46,060 nucleotides of DNA, from positions 1 through 46,060 of the forward strand of contig JAUWTO010000003.1 in the NCBI GenBank assembly GCA_030614685.1. The letters are read 5' to 3'. The translations under genes and the position numbers were made by a program. The DNA comes from Candidatus Aminicenantes bacterium (GTDB lineage: Bacteria; Acidobacteriota; Aminicenantia; Aminicenantales; Aminicenantaceae). The notes under the pieces are model-generated. The model searched no databases, had not been told where the DNA came from, and saw only the letters and a program-made list of their open reading frames with translations. The stretch's first letter is position 1. Every line of letters starts with the position of its first letter. Positions 25,887-35,281 of this stretch are shown here, in pieces.

Positions 25887-26752
25887 GGGCGGCGCTGGAG
25901 TGTTTTCCCTGTTACTATTCCCAGATCTTGAAGACCGCCCGCATGATGTCCCTCACGGAGGAACAGACCCGGGAGGCTATCGCCCGGTTTAGCGGCTTGC
26001 TGCCAGGACTGCCGGATTCGGCCACGCCAGCCGGGATCGGGCGTGAGCTTTACCTCATCCTGTCCGAGCTTTCCGGGGATCCGGACCCCTACAGAGGGAT
26101 CAAGGCCCACTGCACGCGGCTGGCCCTGGACATGTATCCGAAAATGAAAGAGAGGGTCCGGTCCTCCCGGGACCCCTTGAAGGAAGCCTTGCGCATCGCC
26201 GTGGCCGGCAACTTCATCGACTTTGGCACCTCCGAACAGGTGAATCTCAAGGCCGGACTGGAGGAGGTCCTGGACCAGGAGTTCTTCATTGATCACTATG
26301 AGGAACTGCGGGACCACCTGGACAAGGTGGATGAGGTCCTCATGCTGGGTGATAACGCGGGTGAGACCGTCTTTGACCGCGTCCTGATCGAGGAACTGGG
26401 GAAGCCGGTGCGTTATGTGGTGCGCGAGGCACCTATGATCAATGATGCGGTCCGGGAAGATGCGGTGATGGCCGGCATCGACCGGGTAGCGGAAGTGATT
26501 TCCTCCGGATGTGTGGCGCCGGGGACCATCCGGAGGTTTTGCTCGGCCGAGTTCTGGCAGACCATGCAGGACGCTCAGCTTATCATCAGCAAGGGCCAGG
26601 GCAACTTCGAAGGACTCAGCGACGAATCCCTCCCCATCTTTTTTCTGCTCAAGGCCAAGTGCGTTGCCGTGGCCCGCGAGATCGGCGTTCCCATGGGCAG
26701 CCTCCTGCTCCTTTCCCCCAGAAGAAAAAGTTGCACAGCAGACTCTGGTTGA
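25883..26752 (+). CDS. DUF89/ARMT1-like damage-control phosphatase
   Basis: ECFPC, DPY..IK, AGNFIDFG, DNAGETVFD, INDA, SKGQGNFEGL, LKAKC; ATGA overlap with the upstream gene. Confidence 0.92.
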   Translation: MRAALECFPCYYSQILKTARMMSLTEEQTREAIARFSGLLPGLPDSATPAGIGRELYLILSELSGDPDPYRGIKAHCTRLALDMYPKMKERVRSSRDPLKEALRIAVAGNFIDFGTSEQVNLKAGLEEVLDQEFFIDHYEELRDHLDKVDEVLMLGDNAGETVFDRVLIEELGKPVRYVVREAPMINDAVREDAVMAGIDRVAEVISSGCVAPGTIRRFCSAEFWQTMQDAQLIISKGQGNFEGLSDESLPIFFLLKAKCVAVAREIGVPMGSLLLLSPRRKSCTADSG

Positions 26753-26790
26753 TGTAGTATCAAAACGAATATGAGAAAGGAGGGTCACTC

Positions 26791-27741
26791 ATGAAAAAGA
26801 TGGACCGTCGTGAATTCATTAAGCGGAGCGCCCAGGTCGGTGTGTCCGCGGTTGTGGGCAGTGCTCTGTACGGCAGCCAGAGGCCGGATGCCCTATCTTA
26901 CACCCTGGAAGGTGACTTGATCGACCTCTCGGTGGTGGAGGGGCCCGATTTTTTCAGGACAACGGAGATGGCCGTGGCTCAGTTGGGTGGCATGGAGAAG
27001 TTTGTGCCCAAGGGAGCCAAGGTGGCCATCCTACCCAACGTGCAGCGTTGGCATCCCGGGACCTTTACCAAGCCCGACATCGTCCGCGCCATCGTGCAGA
27101 TGTGCAAGCAGGCTGGGGCCGCCGAGGTCAACTGCCTGTCCTGGCTGGAGATGAAGAACTGGGAATCTACAGGACTGGATAAGGTGCTCAAAGAAGAGGG
27201 CGCGAGCCTCAAGCTTATCGCCTCCGAAGAGGCTGACTTCAAGACGGTCAAAGTAACGAACGGCGCCTCTCTGGACGAGGCCATGATCATGAAGGAGTTC
27301 TACAACAACGACGTGTTTATCGACATCCCCATCACCAAAGACCATGCCGGCAACAAGTTCACGGGCACCATGAAAAACTTGATGGGGCTGAACTACCGGG
27401 TCAACAATCGCAGCAAGTTCCACAAGGAAAACTGGACCACGGACGTAAACGCCATCCGCCACCTGGAGCAGTGCATTGTGGACCTTAACACGCTGATCAA
27501 ACCGGATCTCTGCGTCGTGGACGCCACCGAGTTCATCATAACCAACGGGCCCATGGGGCCCGGCGACATCATCAAGCCGCACAAGGTCATCGCCGGTGTG
27601 AACCGGGTGTCGGTGGACGCCTACTGCACGACGCTGTGGGATATCGAGGCCAAGGACATCATCGCCATCACCCATGCCCACAAGCGGGGGCTGGGCAACA
27701 TGAGCCTGGCCGAGCTGAGCATCAAGGAAACAAGACTGTGA
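26791..27741 (+). CDS. DUF362 family protein with Tat signal
   Basis: MDRREFIK Tat motif; LGGMEKFVPKG..V.I.PN, IP..K.H....TG.MKNLMG, PDL.VVDA. Confidence 0.85.
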   Translation: MKKMDRREFIKRSAQVGVSAVVGSALYGSQRPDALSYTLEGDLIDLSVVEGPDFFRTTEMAVAQLGGMEKFVPKGAKVAILPNVQRWHPGTFTKPDIVRAIVQMCKQAGAAEVNCLSWLEMKNWESTGLDKVLKEEGASLKLIASEEADFKTVKVTNGASLDEAMIMKEFYNNDVFIDIPITKDHAGNKFTGTMKNLMGLNYRVNNRSKFHKENWTTDVNAIRHLEQCIVDLNTLIKPDLCVVDATEFIITNGPMGPGDIIKPHKVIAGVNRVSVDAYCTTLWDIEAKDIIAITHAHKRGLGNMSLAELSIKETRL

Positions 27742-29060
27742 GCGCCCCGGAACCCCAACAGACTTCGTTTCTATCCCGCAGGGATTTCGTAAAATACATG
27801 ATGGCGGGATCGGCCCTCTCGGTGGCTGCGCTGGACAAACTCAACGCCGGCATCTACCAGAGCATCACAGAGCTTGACCGGAAATACCTCCGCGACTTGG
27901 CCCCGGACGGCCGCTACTGGGACTCCATCCGCGACAAATTCATGTTCCAGGACGGGCTCATCATGATGAATAACGGCACCGTAGGGCCCATGCCCAAGCC
28001 GGTGTTCAACACACTCATCAAGGCTTTTAAGGTGCAGGCCACTCATCCTGTGGATGTGTATACCTCCCTGCCCATGCAGGAGGAAGAAGTGCGAGGAAAG
28101 GTGGCCGCCTTTATAGGGGCCTCCGAAGACGAGGTGGCAATCGTCCGCAACACCACCGAAGGCATGAACTTCGTGGCCCATGGCTTGGACATGGAGGCGG
28201 GCGACGAGGTCCTGATGTCATCCATGGAGCATCCCGGCGGCACCCACCCATGGAAAATCAAGGAGAAGCGCTACGGCATCAAGGTCACAGAGGTGCCCAT
28301 CGGGCTCCCACCCCAGAGTGTGGACGAGTTTGTGGGTGCCTTCGAGAGGGCCATCACGCCGAGGACACGCATCATCAGTGTAAGCCACACGGTCTTTATC
28401 TCCGGCCTTATGGCGCCCCTCAAAGAGCTGTGCACGATGGCGCACGAGAAGGGGCTGCTGGTGGTGGCCGACGGCGCGCACGGCATCGGCATGCTCGACC
28501 TCAACATGCACGACCTGGGAGTGGATTTCTATGCCACCAGCCCCTACAAATGGTTGGGGGCCCCCACGGGAGCGGGCGTGTTCTATGTGCGCAAGGAGGC
28601 TCAGGACAAGCTCTGGCCCACCATCTGCACGTCCGGATGGGACAATCCCGGCAGCGCCCGCAAGTTCGAGACCCTGAGCCAGCGGGCGGTGGCACTCATC
28701 ATCGCCCTGGGAGAGGCTGTCGACTTCCAGAACTACATCGGCAAGACCCGGATCGAGAAACGGGTCAAATCCCTGGCCGGATATTTCAAGCAGGAGCTGA
28801 AGTCCATACAGGGAGCCAGACTCCATACCTCGGAGGATCCCTACCTCAGCGGCGGTTTGACCGCGTTCTCCATCGAAGGTGTGGAGCCGCTCGACATCGT
28901 TGAGTACGTGCGCCAGAAGTACAACATCGTGATCCGCACCGTAGGCAGCAAGCAGAAGGGCACTTACGGTGTACGCGTCTCCACCCACATGTACATCAAC
29001 CACATGGAAGTGGATATGCTCCTGGAGGGTATCAGGCAGGTCGCCGACCGCCGCACCTAA
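27738..29060 (+). CDS. class V PLP-dependent aminotransferase/cysteine desulfurase-like (isopenicillin-N epimerase-like) with Tat signal
   Basis: GTGA overlap; SRRDFVK; MNNGTVGP, RNTTEG, EHP, DGAH, SPYKW (PLP Lys), RVSTH.Y. Confidence 0.88.
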   Translation: MSAPEPQQTSFLSRRDFVKYMMAGSALSVAALDKLNAGIYQSITELDRKYLRDLAPDGRYWDSIRDKFMFQDGLIMMNNGTVGPMPKPVFNTLIKAFKVQATHPVDVYTSLPMQEEEVRGKVAAFIGASEDEVAIVRNTTEGMNFVAHGLDMEAGDEVLMSSMEHPGGTHPWKIKEKRYGIKVTEVPIGLPPQSVDEFVGAFERAITPRTRIISVSHTVFISGLMAPLKELCTMAHEKGLLVVADGAHGIGMLDLNMHDLGVDFYATSPYKWLGAPTGAGVFYVRKEAQDKLWPTICTSGWDNPGSARKFETLSQRAVALIIALGEAVDFQNYIGKTRIEKRVKSLAGYFKQELKSIQGARLHTSEDPYLSGGLTAFSIEGVEPLDIVEYVRQKYNIVIRTVGSKQKGTYGVRVSTHMYINHMEVDMLLEGIRQVADRRT

Positions 29061-29104
29061 CGTAGGGGATTTGGCTTTTCAAAATGGTATAACGCGTAGT
29101 CTGC

Positions 29105-29671
29105 CTACCCTGACAGCTCTTTATGTCGATAACAATCCGTTGTGTGGTCATTGACCAGGCCCGCGGCCTGCATGAAGGCATAGCAGATGGTCGGCCCCAC
29201 AAAGGAGAATCCTCGCTTCTTCAAGTCCTTGCTCATGGCTTCTGACTCGGGGGTCTTGGCAGGGAGGTCGTGGAGTGATCTCCATGTGTTGTGTATGGTT
29301 TTTTCCCCAACGAATCCCCATATATAGGTATCGAAACTCCCGTATTCCTCCTGCACTTTGAGGAAAGCTTGAGCGTTTTTTATGGCTGCCTCGATCTTCA
29401 GCCGGTTGCGGATGATGCCCGCGTCCTGCAGCAAGCTTTCGATTTTGTCGGATTTGTAGTTGGCGATCTTCTTGGCATCAAAGCCTTCGAAGGCCTTCCT
29501 GAAATTTTCCCGCTTGCGGAGGATGATCTCCCAGCTCAGGCCGGCCTGGAATGCATCCAGGATCAGATGTTCGAACAGCAGGCCGTCATCATGCACCGGC
29601 ACTCCCCACTCCCTGTCGTGATAATCTGTGCAGTAGGAACCATCGGGAACCCATTCACAGCGTTTCTTCAT
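29105..29671 (-). CDS. tag: DNA-3-methyladenine glycosylase I
   Basis: RCEW, YHDREWG, FQAGLSW, IIRNRLKI, FVGPTICYAFMQA.G.VNDH..C. Confidence 0.96.
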   Translation of the reverse strand: MKKRCEWVPDGSYCTDYHDREWGVPVHDDGLLFEHLILDAFQAGLSWEIILRKRENFRKAFEGFDAKKIANYKSDKIESLLQDAGIIRNRLKIEAAIKNAQAFLKVQEEYGSFDTYIWGFVGEKTIHNTWRSLHDLPAKTPESEAMSKDLKKRGFSFVGPTICYAFMQAAGLVNDHTTDCYRHKELSG

Positions 29672-29835
29672 CCTGATTTCTCCTCTGCAGTGAATGTACT
29701 CATAACGACCACGGAGCGCAATTGAAATTATTACTGGGGGAGGTCCCCCAGTGTTTTTATTGAGCAATGATTCAGTTATAATGGGTCATCCTGATAATCC
29801 ATGCAATTAGAGAGAAGCGCTTCCTGGAGGGACCA

Positions 29836-31011
29836 ATCCGAGAGCTCATAGTCGTCACCGCTTGTCTTGCGGCCCTGGTGTTGTTCTATGCCGTGGAATC
29901 CCAGCGCGTGCAACGAAGCCGTAAGCGCCTGGCCCTCCGGATCTGTGTCACCGGCGCCCGGGGCAAGTCCAGCGTCACACGCCTTCTGGCGGCAGCCATG
30001 AGGGAAGGCGGCTTCAAGGTGCTTGCCAAGACCACCGGCTCCCGGCCCATGCTGCTCCTTCCTGATGGTTCGGAGGTCGAGCTCAACCGCCGGGGAAGGC
30101 CATCCGTCCTGGAGCAGCTCAAGGTCATGCGGAGGGCCACGGATCTGTCCGCCGATGTGGTCGTGGCTGAGTTGATGAGCATCCGGCCAGAGACCCTGAA
30201 CATCGAAAGCCATCGGATCTTTAAGCCGAACATCCTCCTGATAACCAACGCGCGCCGCGACCATATGGAACATTGGGGGCCAACCCAACAGTCCGCTGCC
30301 CTTTGCCTGGCCGCGGCCATCGGACCGGACTGCACGGTGTTTGTCCTGGATGAGGAGATGATGCCGGTCTGGGGGGAAGCGGCCTCCCGGCTGGGATCGG
30401 AGATCCGCACAGTCAAAGAGGGATCCGCGCAGAACATGCTGCGATTTGAGTCCAATGTGCGGCTGGTGCAGACGGTCACGGATTTCCTGAACATCGATCG
30501 GGAACTTGCCGACCAGGGCATCCAAAAATCTCTCCCGGATTTGGGCGGGCTGAGGATTTGGAGGTGGCAGCCGAATCCAGACGGCCCGGTCTGGGATTGT
30601 GTGAACGCCTTTGCGGCCAACGACCCGGATTCTACGCGTCTGGTGCTGGATAAACTCACGGCTCTGGGCCTGATCAACGGGAAGCCCGTCATCGGGCTGC
30701 TTCATCTGCGCCGTGACCGCGGCGACCGCACACTGCAGTGGATGGAGGCGCTCCGAGCCGGGAATTTTCCGGATCTACAGGAGCTCTACGTGACCGGCAC
30801 TCATGCCCGGGCCTTCAAGAGGCGGCTGAGTGGAGATCGCAGCAGCCTGGTACCGGTTATTCTTAAGAGCGCCCGGCCCGAAGGTATCATGTCTGCCTTA
30901 ACCGCAAATGTATTGGCCCCCGCCCTTGTCCTCGGCATGGGCAACATGGGTGGCGCCGGCAGAGAGCTGGTGGAGTATTGGGATAGGGAGGGAGAGCCCC
31001 GTGCTGTATGA
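29836..31011 (+). CDS. pgsB: poly-gamma-glutamate synthase PgsB/CapB (Mur ligase-like)
   Basis: VTGARGKSSVTRL, AKTTG, ITNARRDH, NAFAAND, RRDRGDRT, GMGN. First canonical start is GTG 29878, but the SD and TM helix point to ATC 29836. Confidence 0.9.
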   Translation: MRELIVVTACLAALVLFYAVESQRVQRSRKRLALRICVTGARGKSSVTRLLAAAMREGGFKVLAKTTGSRPMLLLPDGSEVELNRRGRPSVLEQLKVMRRATDLSADVVVAELMSIRPETLNIESHRIFKPNILLITNARRDHMEHWGPTQQSAALCLAAAIGPDCTVFVLDEEMMPVWGEAASRLGSEIRTVKEGSAQNMLRFESNVRLVQTVTDFLNIDRELADQGIQKSLPDLGGLRIWRWQPNPDGPVWDCVNAFAANDPDSTRLVLDKLTALGLINGKPVIGLLHLRRDRGDRTLQWMEALRAGNFPDLQELYVTGTHARAFKRRLSGDRSSLVPVILKSARPEGIMSALTANVLAPALVLGMGNMGGAGRELVEYWDREGEPRAV

Positions 31012-31444
31012 GACCCTCTTCATCGGCATTGTGGTCGCCCTCCTCTATGTGGAGATCACGGATGTCTACCCGGGCGGGATCATTGTCCCGGCCTACTTTG
31101 CTTTGTTTCTGGACCAACCCCTCACCGTGGCCGCCACCGTGGCCGTGGCCTTTGCCGCCCTCGGGGCGTACCGCCTGCTCTCCCGGCACCTCATCCTCTT
31201 TGGCAAGCGGCGCTTTGTTCTCCTCCTCCTCCTGGGGGCGCTTTTCTCCCAGCTCGTGCTGCTTTTCGCACCGCGCCTAATCCCGGCCATGGTTGAGGTC
31301 CGCATCATCGGCTGGGTCATACCCGGACTCCTGGCCAACAACCTGGACAAACAGAAGGCCGTCCCCACTCTGGCGTCCCTTCTGACTGTGGCCTTGGCCG
31401 TCTATGTGATCGTGAGGATTTTGGCATGGGCCATAGGGGCGTAG
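31001..31444 (+). CDS. pgsC: poly-gamma-glutamate biosynthesis protein PgsC/CapC
   Basis: PGGIIVPAY, ILFGKRRF, IGWVIPGLLAN..KQ; GTG start overlapping pgsB. Confidence 0.92.
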   Translation: MLYETLFIGIVVALLYVEITDVYPGGIIVPAYFALFLDQPLTVAATVAVAFAALGAYRLLSRHLILFGKRRFVLLLLLGALFSQLVLLFAPRLIPAMVEVRIIGWVIPGLLANNLDKQKAVPTLASLLTVALAVYVIVRILAWAIGA

Positions 31445-32535
31445 GCCGCTCTTCGCCGGTCTTTGTGTGGCTTCTGATCGTGAGTGTGGTGTTCCTGGCC
31501 CTGGTCTACATCGCACCTTTTCCCGGACCTGCCGATCTGCATTCCACCATGGTTCGGGCATCAGAAAAGATGACTCAGGCCACCATTGCCCTTCGTGAAT
31601 GCCGACTCGGTCTTGGTCTATCCATCGATCCCAAGATAGACCTAAATCAAACCGGACTGATCGGCAGCGAATACTCATCGACCACCACCTCGGTGGGGCA
31701 GCTTGCGGCCAAGCGCACGACCACCAATCCCAACTCTGCCGGGCTGATCGTTCTGCTGTTGCACGAGGCCGGAGTACACCGAGGCGATACCATTGCCGTA
31801 GGTGCGTCCGGCTCCTTCCCCGCCTTGATCGTCGCGACCTTGTGCGCTGCTTCAGCCATGGAGGTCGATGCCCTGCTCATCCCATCCCTGGGTGCTTCCC
31901 AGTGGGGGGCCAATGATCCAAGATTCCACCTGCTTATTATGCTGGAGTGCCTGAAGGACTTGGGATTGGTCCACCGCCAGCCTGTGGCCGTTTCCCTGGG
32001 TGGAGACAGCGACGTGGGGGCCAACATGGCACTGGAGGGGCGTTCGATCCTTGAGGAGGCCATGGCGGCGAGCGGCTTGATGATCATTCGGGAACCGGAT
32101 CTGGGAAAAAATATCGTCCTCCGCACTCAGTTTCTCGAGGCTGGAGCCGAGGGAGCGACCATCCGGGCCTTCGTAAACATCGGCGGGACTTATGCCAATA
32201 TGGGTACAGACTCTCTCATCCTGGAGGTCAAGCCGGGAGTTGCCCGCATCCACCGCTTCCCGCCACCGGAACAACAGGGCATGCTCTTTGCCATGGCTGC
32301 CCGGGGCATCCCCGTGATCCACCTGCTTTACATCCGAGGTTTGGCCGACGAGTACGGGCTTGCCTGGGATCCACAGCCCCTGCCTCTACCCGGCCAGGGC
32401 TTACTCTACCGTCGAGTTCGTGAACAGAGCCTGACCTTCATTATCCTGGGCCTGGTTTATCTGGCGATTGTGATCGCCCTGCTCCTTTTCCACAGCTTGC
32501 GCTTAAGGCATCCTCATGATGCAGGCAGCATCTGA
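31426..32535 (+). CDS. pgsW: poly-gamma-glutamate system protein (PgsW-like)
   Basis: D.NQTGLIG.EYS..TTS.G.L.AKRTTTNPN, GASGSFP, SLGASQWGAN, FVNIGG, GIPVIHLL; follows pgsBC. Confidence 0.85.
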   Translation: MGHRGVGRSSPVFVWLLIVSVVFLALVYIAPFPGPADLHSTMVRASEKMTQATIALRECRLGLGLSIDPKIDLNQTGLIGSEYSSTTTSVGQLAAKRTTTNPNSAGLIVLLLHEAGVHRGDTIAVGASGSFPALIVATLCAASAMEVDALLIPSLGASQWGANDPRFHLLIMLECLKDLGLVHRQPVAVSLGGDSDVGANMALEGRSILEEAMAASGLMIIREPDLGKNIVLRTQFLEAGAEGATIRAFVNIGGTYANMGTDSLILEVKPGVARIHRFPPPEQQGMLFAMAARGIPVIHLLYIRGLADEYGLAWDPQPLPLPGQGLLYRRVREQSLTFIILGLVYLAIVIALLLFHSLRLRHPHDAGSI

Positions 32536-32759
32536 TACTTTTTGTGTTCCGCTCCAAGACTACCTTCACCACTTGTGTGTCATCTGTCCTGGCCTGAGGA
32601 CACGTCCCCATTCCAATAATTTTTTTCAATCCCTGATAAATATCTGGAACACAATCTGCCTAACATTTAGGGAGCTATGGAATATATTTTCAGGGGAGCT
32701 AGGTGTGGAAGAGGAATTATTCTACGTGGATTGCGGAATTGATGCGGCTTTATGTAGTT

Positions 32760-34058
32760 CTATTCAGGGGCCTGTTGTTGCTCTTCGCGCTTGATGAAGA
32801 ATGCTCCGACGATCCCGCCCAGTAGGGCTGGCAGGATCCAAGGGAATCCCGCATCAGCGAGGGGAATCCTGGCGAGGAGTTCGTTGATGGCCGTGATGGG
32901 GAGACCGGCCGCGGTGAGAGCATCGAACACGCTGGTCGCCAGGGCGCCGCTTATGGCCCCGGTGTAGATGGAGCGGGAGATCGCCTTCCTTCCGACCATG
33001 GTCAGCAGGATCAGGATGATGGCCACGGGATAGACCAGGACGAGGAGCGGCACGGCGACCTGCACGATCTTGGTGACCCCCACGGTAGAGAAGACGCCGC
33101 TGAAGACCACGGTGGCAATACAGATCGGCTTGTATTTGAGTTTCCCTTTGGTGATGCCGTTGAAATAATCGCCCACGGTCGCGGTGAGCCCGACGGAGGT
33201 TGTGAGGCAGGCCAGGGACACAGCCAGCCCCAGCGCGACCTTACCGGCGCTTCCCAGGATGCCCTGGGCGATGCCGATGAGCAGGGCGGTGCGCTCGATG
33301 TCGGCCGCAAAGAGGCCGCGGGAGGTGGCTCCCAGGTACATGAGCCCCCCGTAGACCAGGCCGAGGCCGGTAGCGGCGATCACCCCGGCCAGGGACGCCA
33401 GCTTGACTTGGTCCCGGACTTGCCTATAGCCCTTGTAGACCAGCGCCACGATGATGATCTCCGCGAACACGATGGAGGCCATGGCATCCATCGTCTGGTA
33501 TCCTTCCCGGAATCCAGAGGAGAAGGGATTGTCGAGGACCCCTGGGGTCAGAGGGCCCAGGGGCGTGACGATGCCCTTGACGATGATGGTCACCAGGGTT
33601 ACAAGCAGGAACGGGGTCAGGAATTTGCCGATCTTGTCCACTACCGTGGTCTGGTTGAGCGCGAAGAACAGTGTGATAACAAAAAAGACCACTGATGAAA
33701 CGGCCGGAGGCACCCAGGGCAAGTTGGGCCGGACACCCATCTCGAATGTGGTGGCGGCCGTCCGGGGGATGGCCAGGAGCGGCCCTATGGCCATGATGAC
33801 GACGATGCTCAGGACACGTGCGAACCTCGGGCCCACCCGGCCGGCCAGGTGCTCGATCGTGCCCCCCGCCCGGGCCGCGGCAATGATGCCCATGAGCGGC
33901 ATGCCGATGCCGGTGATCAAAAAACCCAGGAGGGAGATGGACCACAGGGAACCGGACTGGAATCCCATGTAAGGCGGGAAGATGAGATTGCCGGCACCGA
34001 AAAACATAGCGAACAGCGCCATTCCGACCAAAACCACATCGGATGTCTTTTTGTTCAC
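32760..34058 (-). CDS. brnQ: branched-chain amino acid:cation symporter (LIVCS)
   Basis: FAMFFGAGNLIFPP, IGPLLAIPRTA, GYQTMDA, LACLTT. Confidence 0.96.
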   Translation of the reverse strand: MNKKTSDVVLVGMALFAMFFGAGNLIFPPYMGFQSGSLWSISLLGFLITGIGMPLMGIIAAARAGGTIEHLAGRVGPRFARVLSIVVIMAIGPLLAIPRTAATTFEMGVRPNLPWVPPAVSSVVFFVITLFFALNQTTVVDKIGKFLTPFLLVTLVTIIVKGIVTPLGPLTPGVLDNPFSSGFREGYQTMDAMASIVFAEIIIVALVYKGYRQVRDQVKLASLAGVIAATGLGLVYGGLMYLGATSRGLFAADIERTALLIGIAQGILGSAGKVALGLAVSLACLTTSVGLTATVGDYFNGITKGKLKYKPICIATVVFSGVFSTVGVTKIVQVAVPLLVLVYPVAIILILLTMVGRKAISRSIYTGAISGALATSVFDALTAAGLPITAINELLARIPLADAGFPWILPALLGGIVGAFFIKREEQQQAPE

Positions 34059-34084
34059 GCGGTTCTCTCTCTGAGTTAAGCCTT

Positions 34085-34113
34085 TGTATACCAGAGGGGA
34101 AAAACCATGTCAA
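34085..34113 (-). promoter_or_regulatory. sigma70 promoter of brnQ
   Basis: Minus strand TTGACA-17 bp-TATACA. Confidence 0.65.
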
Positions 34114-34419
34114 ACACATTCCCTGAAAACCAGCCAGCCTTCCGCCGCTCATCAGTTTGACAGGATGCCCTGTTGGATTTTCTGGATGATCTTTCTCAGG
34201 GCCTGGCTCATTTTCGACCGGCTTAAGGCCAATGCCAGGTTCATGTCGATTTTGGATGGATTGAAGTCCGAGTAAGGTGCCCGACCTTGGATCCCTTATG
34301 GCTTGCCATTCCCCTGGGCAGCAGTTACAATCAGTGGGCTTTATCAGACGCGGAGCGCAATCTGGAAGACTTGCGTGCGTTATTCAGGGCATAATGGATC
34401 ATCTAGAGGAGGGATCGGA

Positions 34420-34698
34420 ATGGCGAAGATCAAGGTGAGCGTGGATCGGATCGACGGGCACTGCAACCTCCCCATGCAGGTGGGCGATCACTTCTTTGTA
34501 GAGGGATCCAAGCTCACGGTTCCTGAGGGAGAGCACATCTGCATCTGGGCCCTACAGAGCATGATGCCGGTCTTTCCCATCCTGGCCGAGAAAGACAGGT
34601 TGGACGAGGGCCACTGGGTGCGCAATCTATCAACCTTCTCCTGCCCCGATCCCAAAGGCCTTGTGCAGTTCCGGCTCGAGATTGTAGAAAACTCCTGA
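34420..34698 (+). CDS. TIGR04076-like small Cys-containing protein
   Basis: GHC....VGDHF, ICIWALQS..P, CPDP pattern; SD GAGGAGG. Confidence 0.8.
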   Translation: MAKIKVSVDRIDGHCNLPMQVGDHFFVEGSKLTVPEGEHICIWALQSMMPVFPILAEKDRLDEGHWVRNLSTFSCPDPKGLVQFRLEIVENS

Positions 34699-34710
34699 GG
34701 AAAGACAGAC

Positions 34711-35253
34711 ATGATCCGTGTGGACCTGAGCCGCTGCACCGGCTGCCGCCGCTGTGAGGCGGCCTGTGCGTTCTTCCACACCGGCCGCATCAATCCCGAG
34801 CTGGCGCGCCTGAAGGTGGTCCACCTGTATGAGACAGGCATCGACGGCCCGGTCGTGTGCCAGCAGTGCGAGGAGCGGTTCTGCATGGTCTGCCCTGAGA
34901 ACGCACTTTCGCTGGGCAGCAACGGCGAGGTGATTTGTTCCCCCACGGTCTGCACGCTGTGCGGGGCTTGTGAAAAAGCCTGCCCCATCGGGGCCGTCAC
35001 TCAATTCCAGGGGTTTGTTTACATCTGCGACCTGTGCGGCGGCGATCCCAAATGTGTCAAGGCGTGCACGGAAAAGGCCATCTTGTTCGAGGAGGGAGAG
35101 CGGCCCTCTTTTGAGAATATCCACAAGGCAACCCGCGGCATGAACCCACAGGAACGGAGGCATTTTTACCTCAGCCGGTTGGGACAGAAACTCAGAGAAG
35201 AGTGGGCAGCGCGCAGCCCGGCAGAGGAGAGCCAGGATCTGGACAAGACGTGA
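34711..35253 (+). CDS. 4Fe-4S dicluster (polyferredoxin) subunit
   Basis: CTGCRRCEAAC, CQQC...C..VCP, CTLCGACEKACP, CDLC.GDPKC..AC. Confidence 0.93.
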   Translation: MIRVDLSRCTGCRRCEAACAFFHTGRINPELARLKVVHLYETGIDGPVVCQQCEERFCMVCPENALSLGSNGEVICSPTVCTLCGACEKACPIGAVTQFQGFVYICDLCGGDPKCVKACTEKAILFEEGERPSFENIHKATRGMNPQERRHFYLSRLGQKLREEWAARSPAEESQDLDKT

Positions 35254-35281
35254 GAGCATCGGATGTCGAGAGATTCCCTAA

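Noticed and set aside
32516-32794. 92-aa ORF on the plus strand
   Set aside because: Overlaps both flanking genes, atypical composition, no SD or motif.
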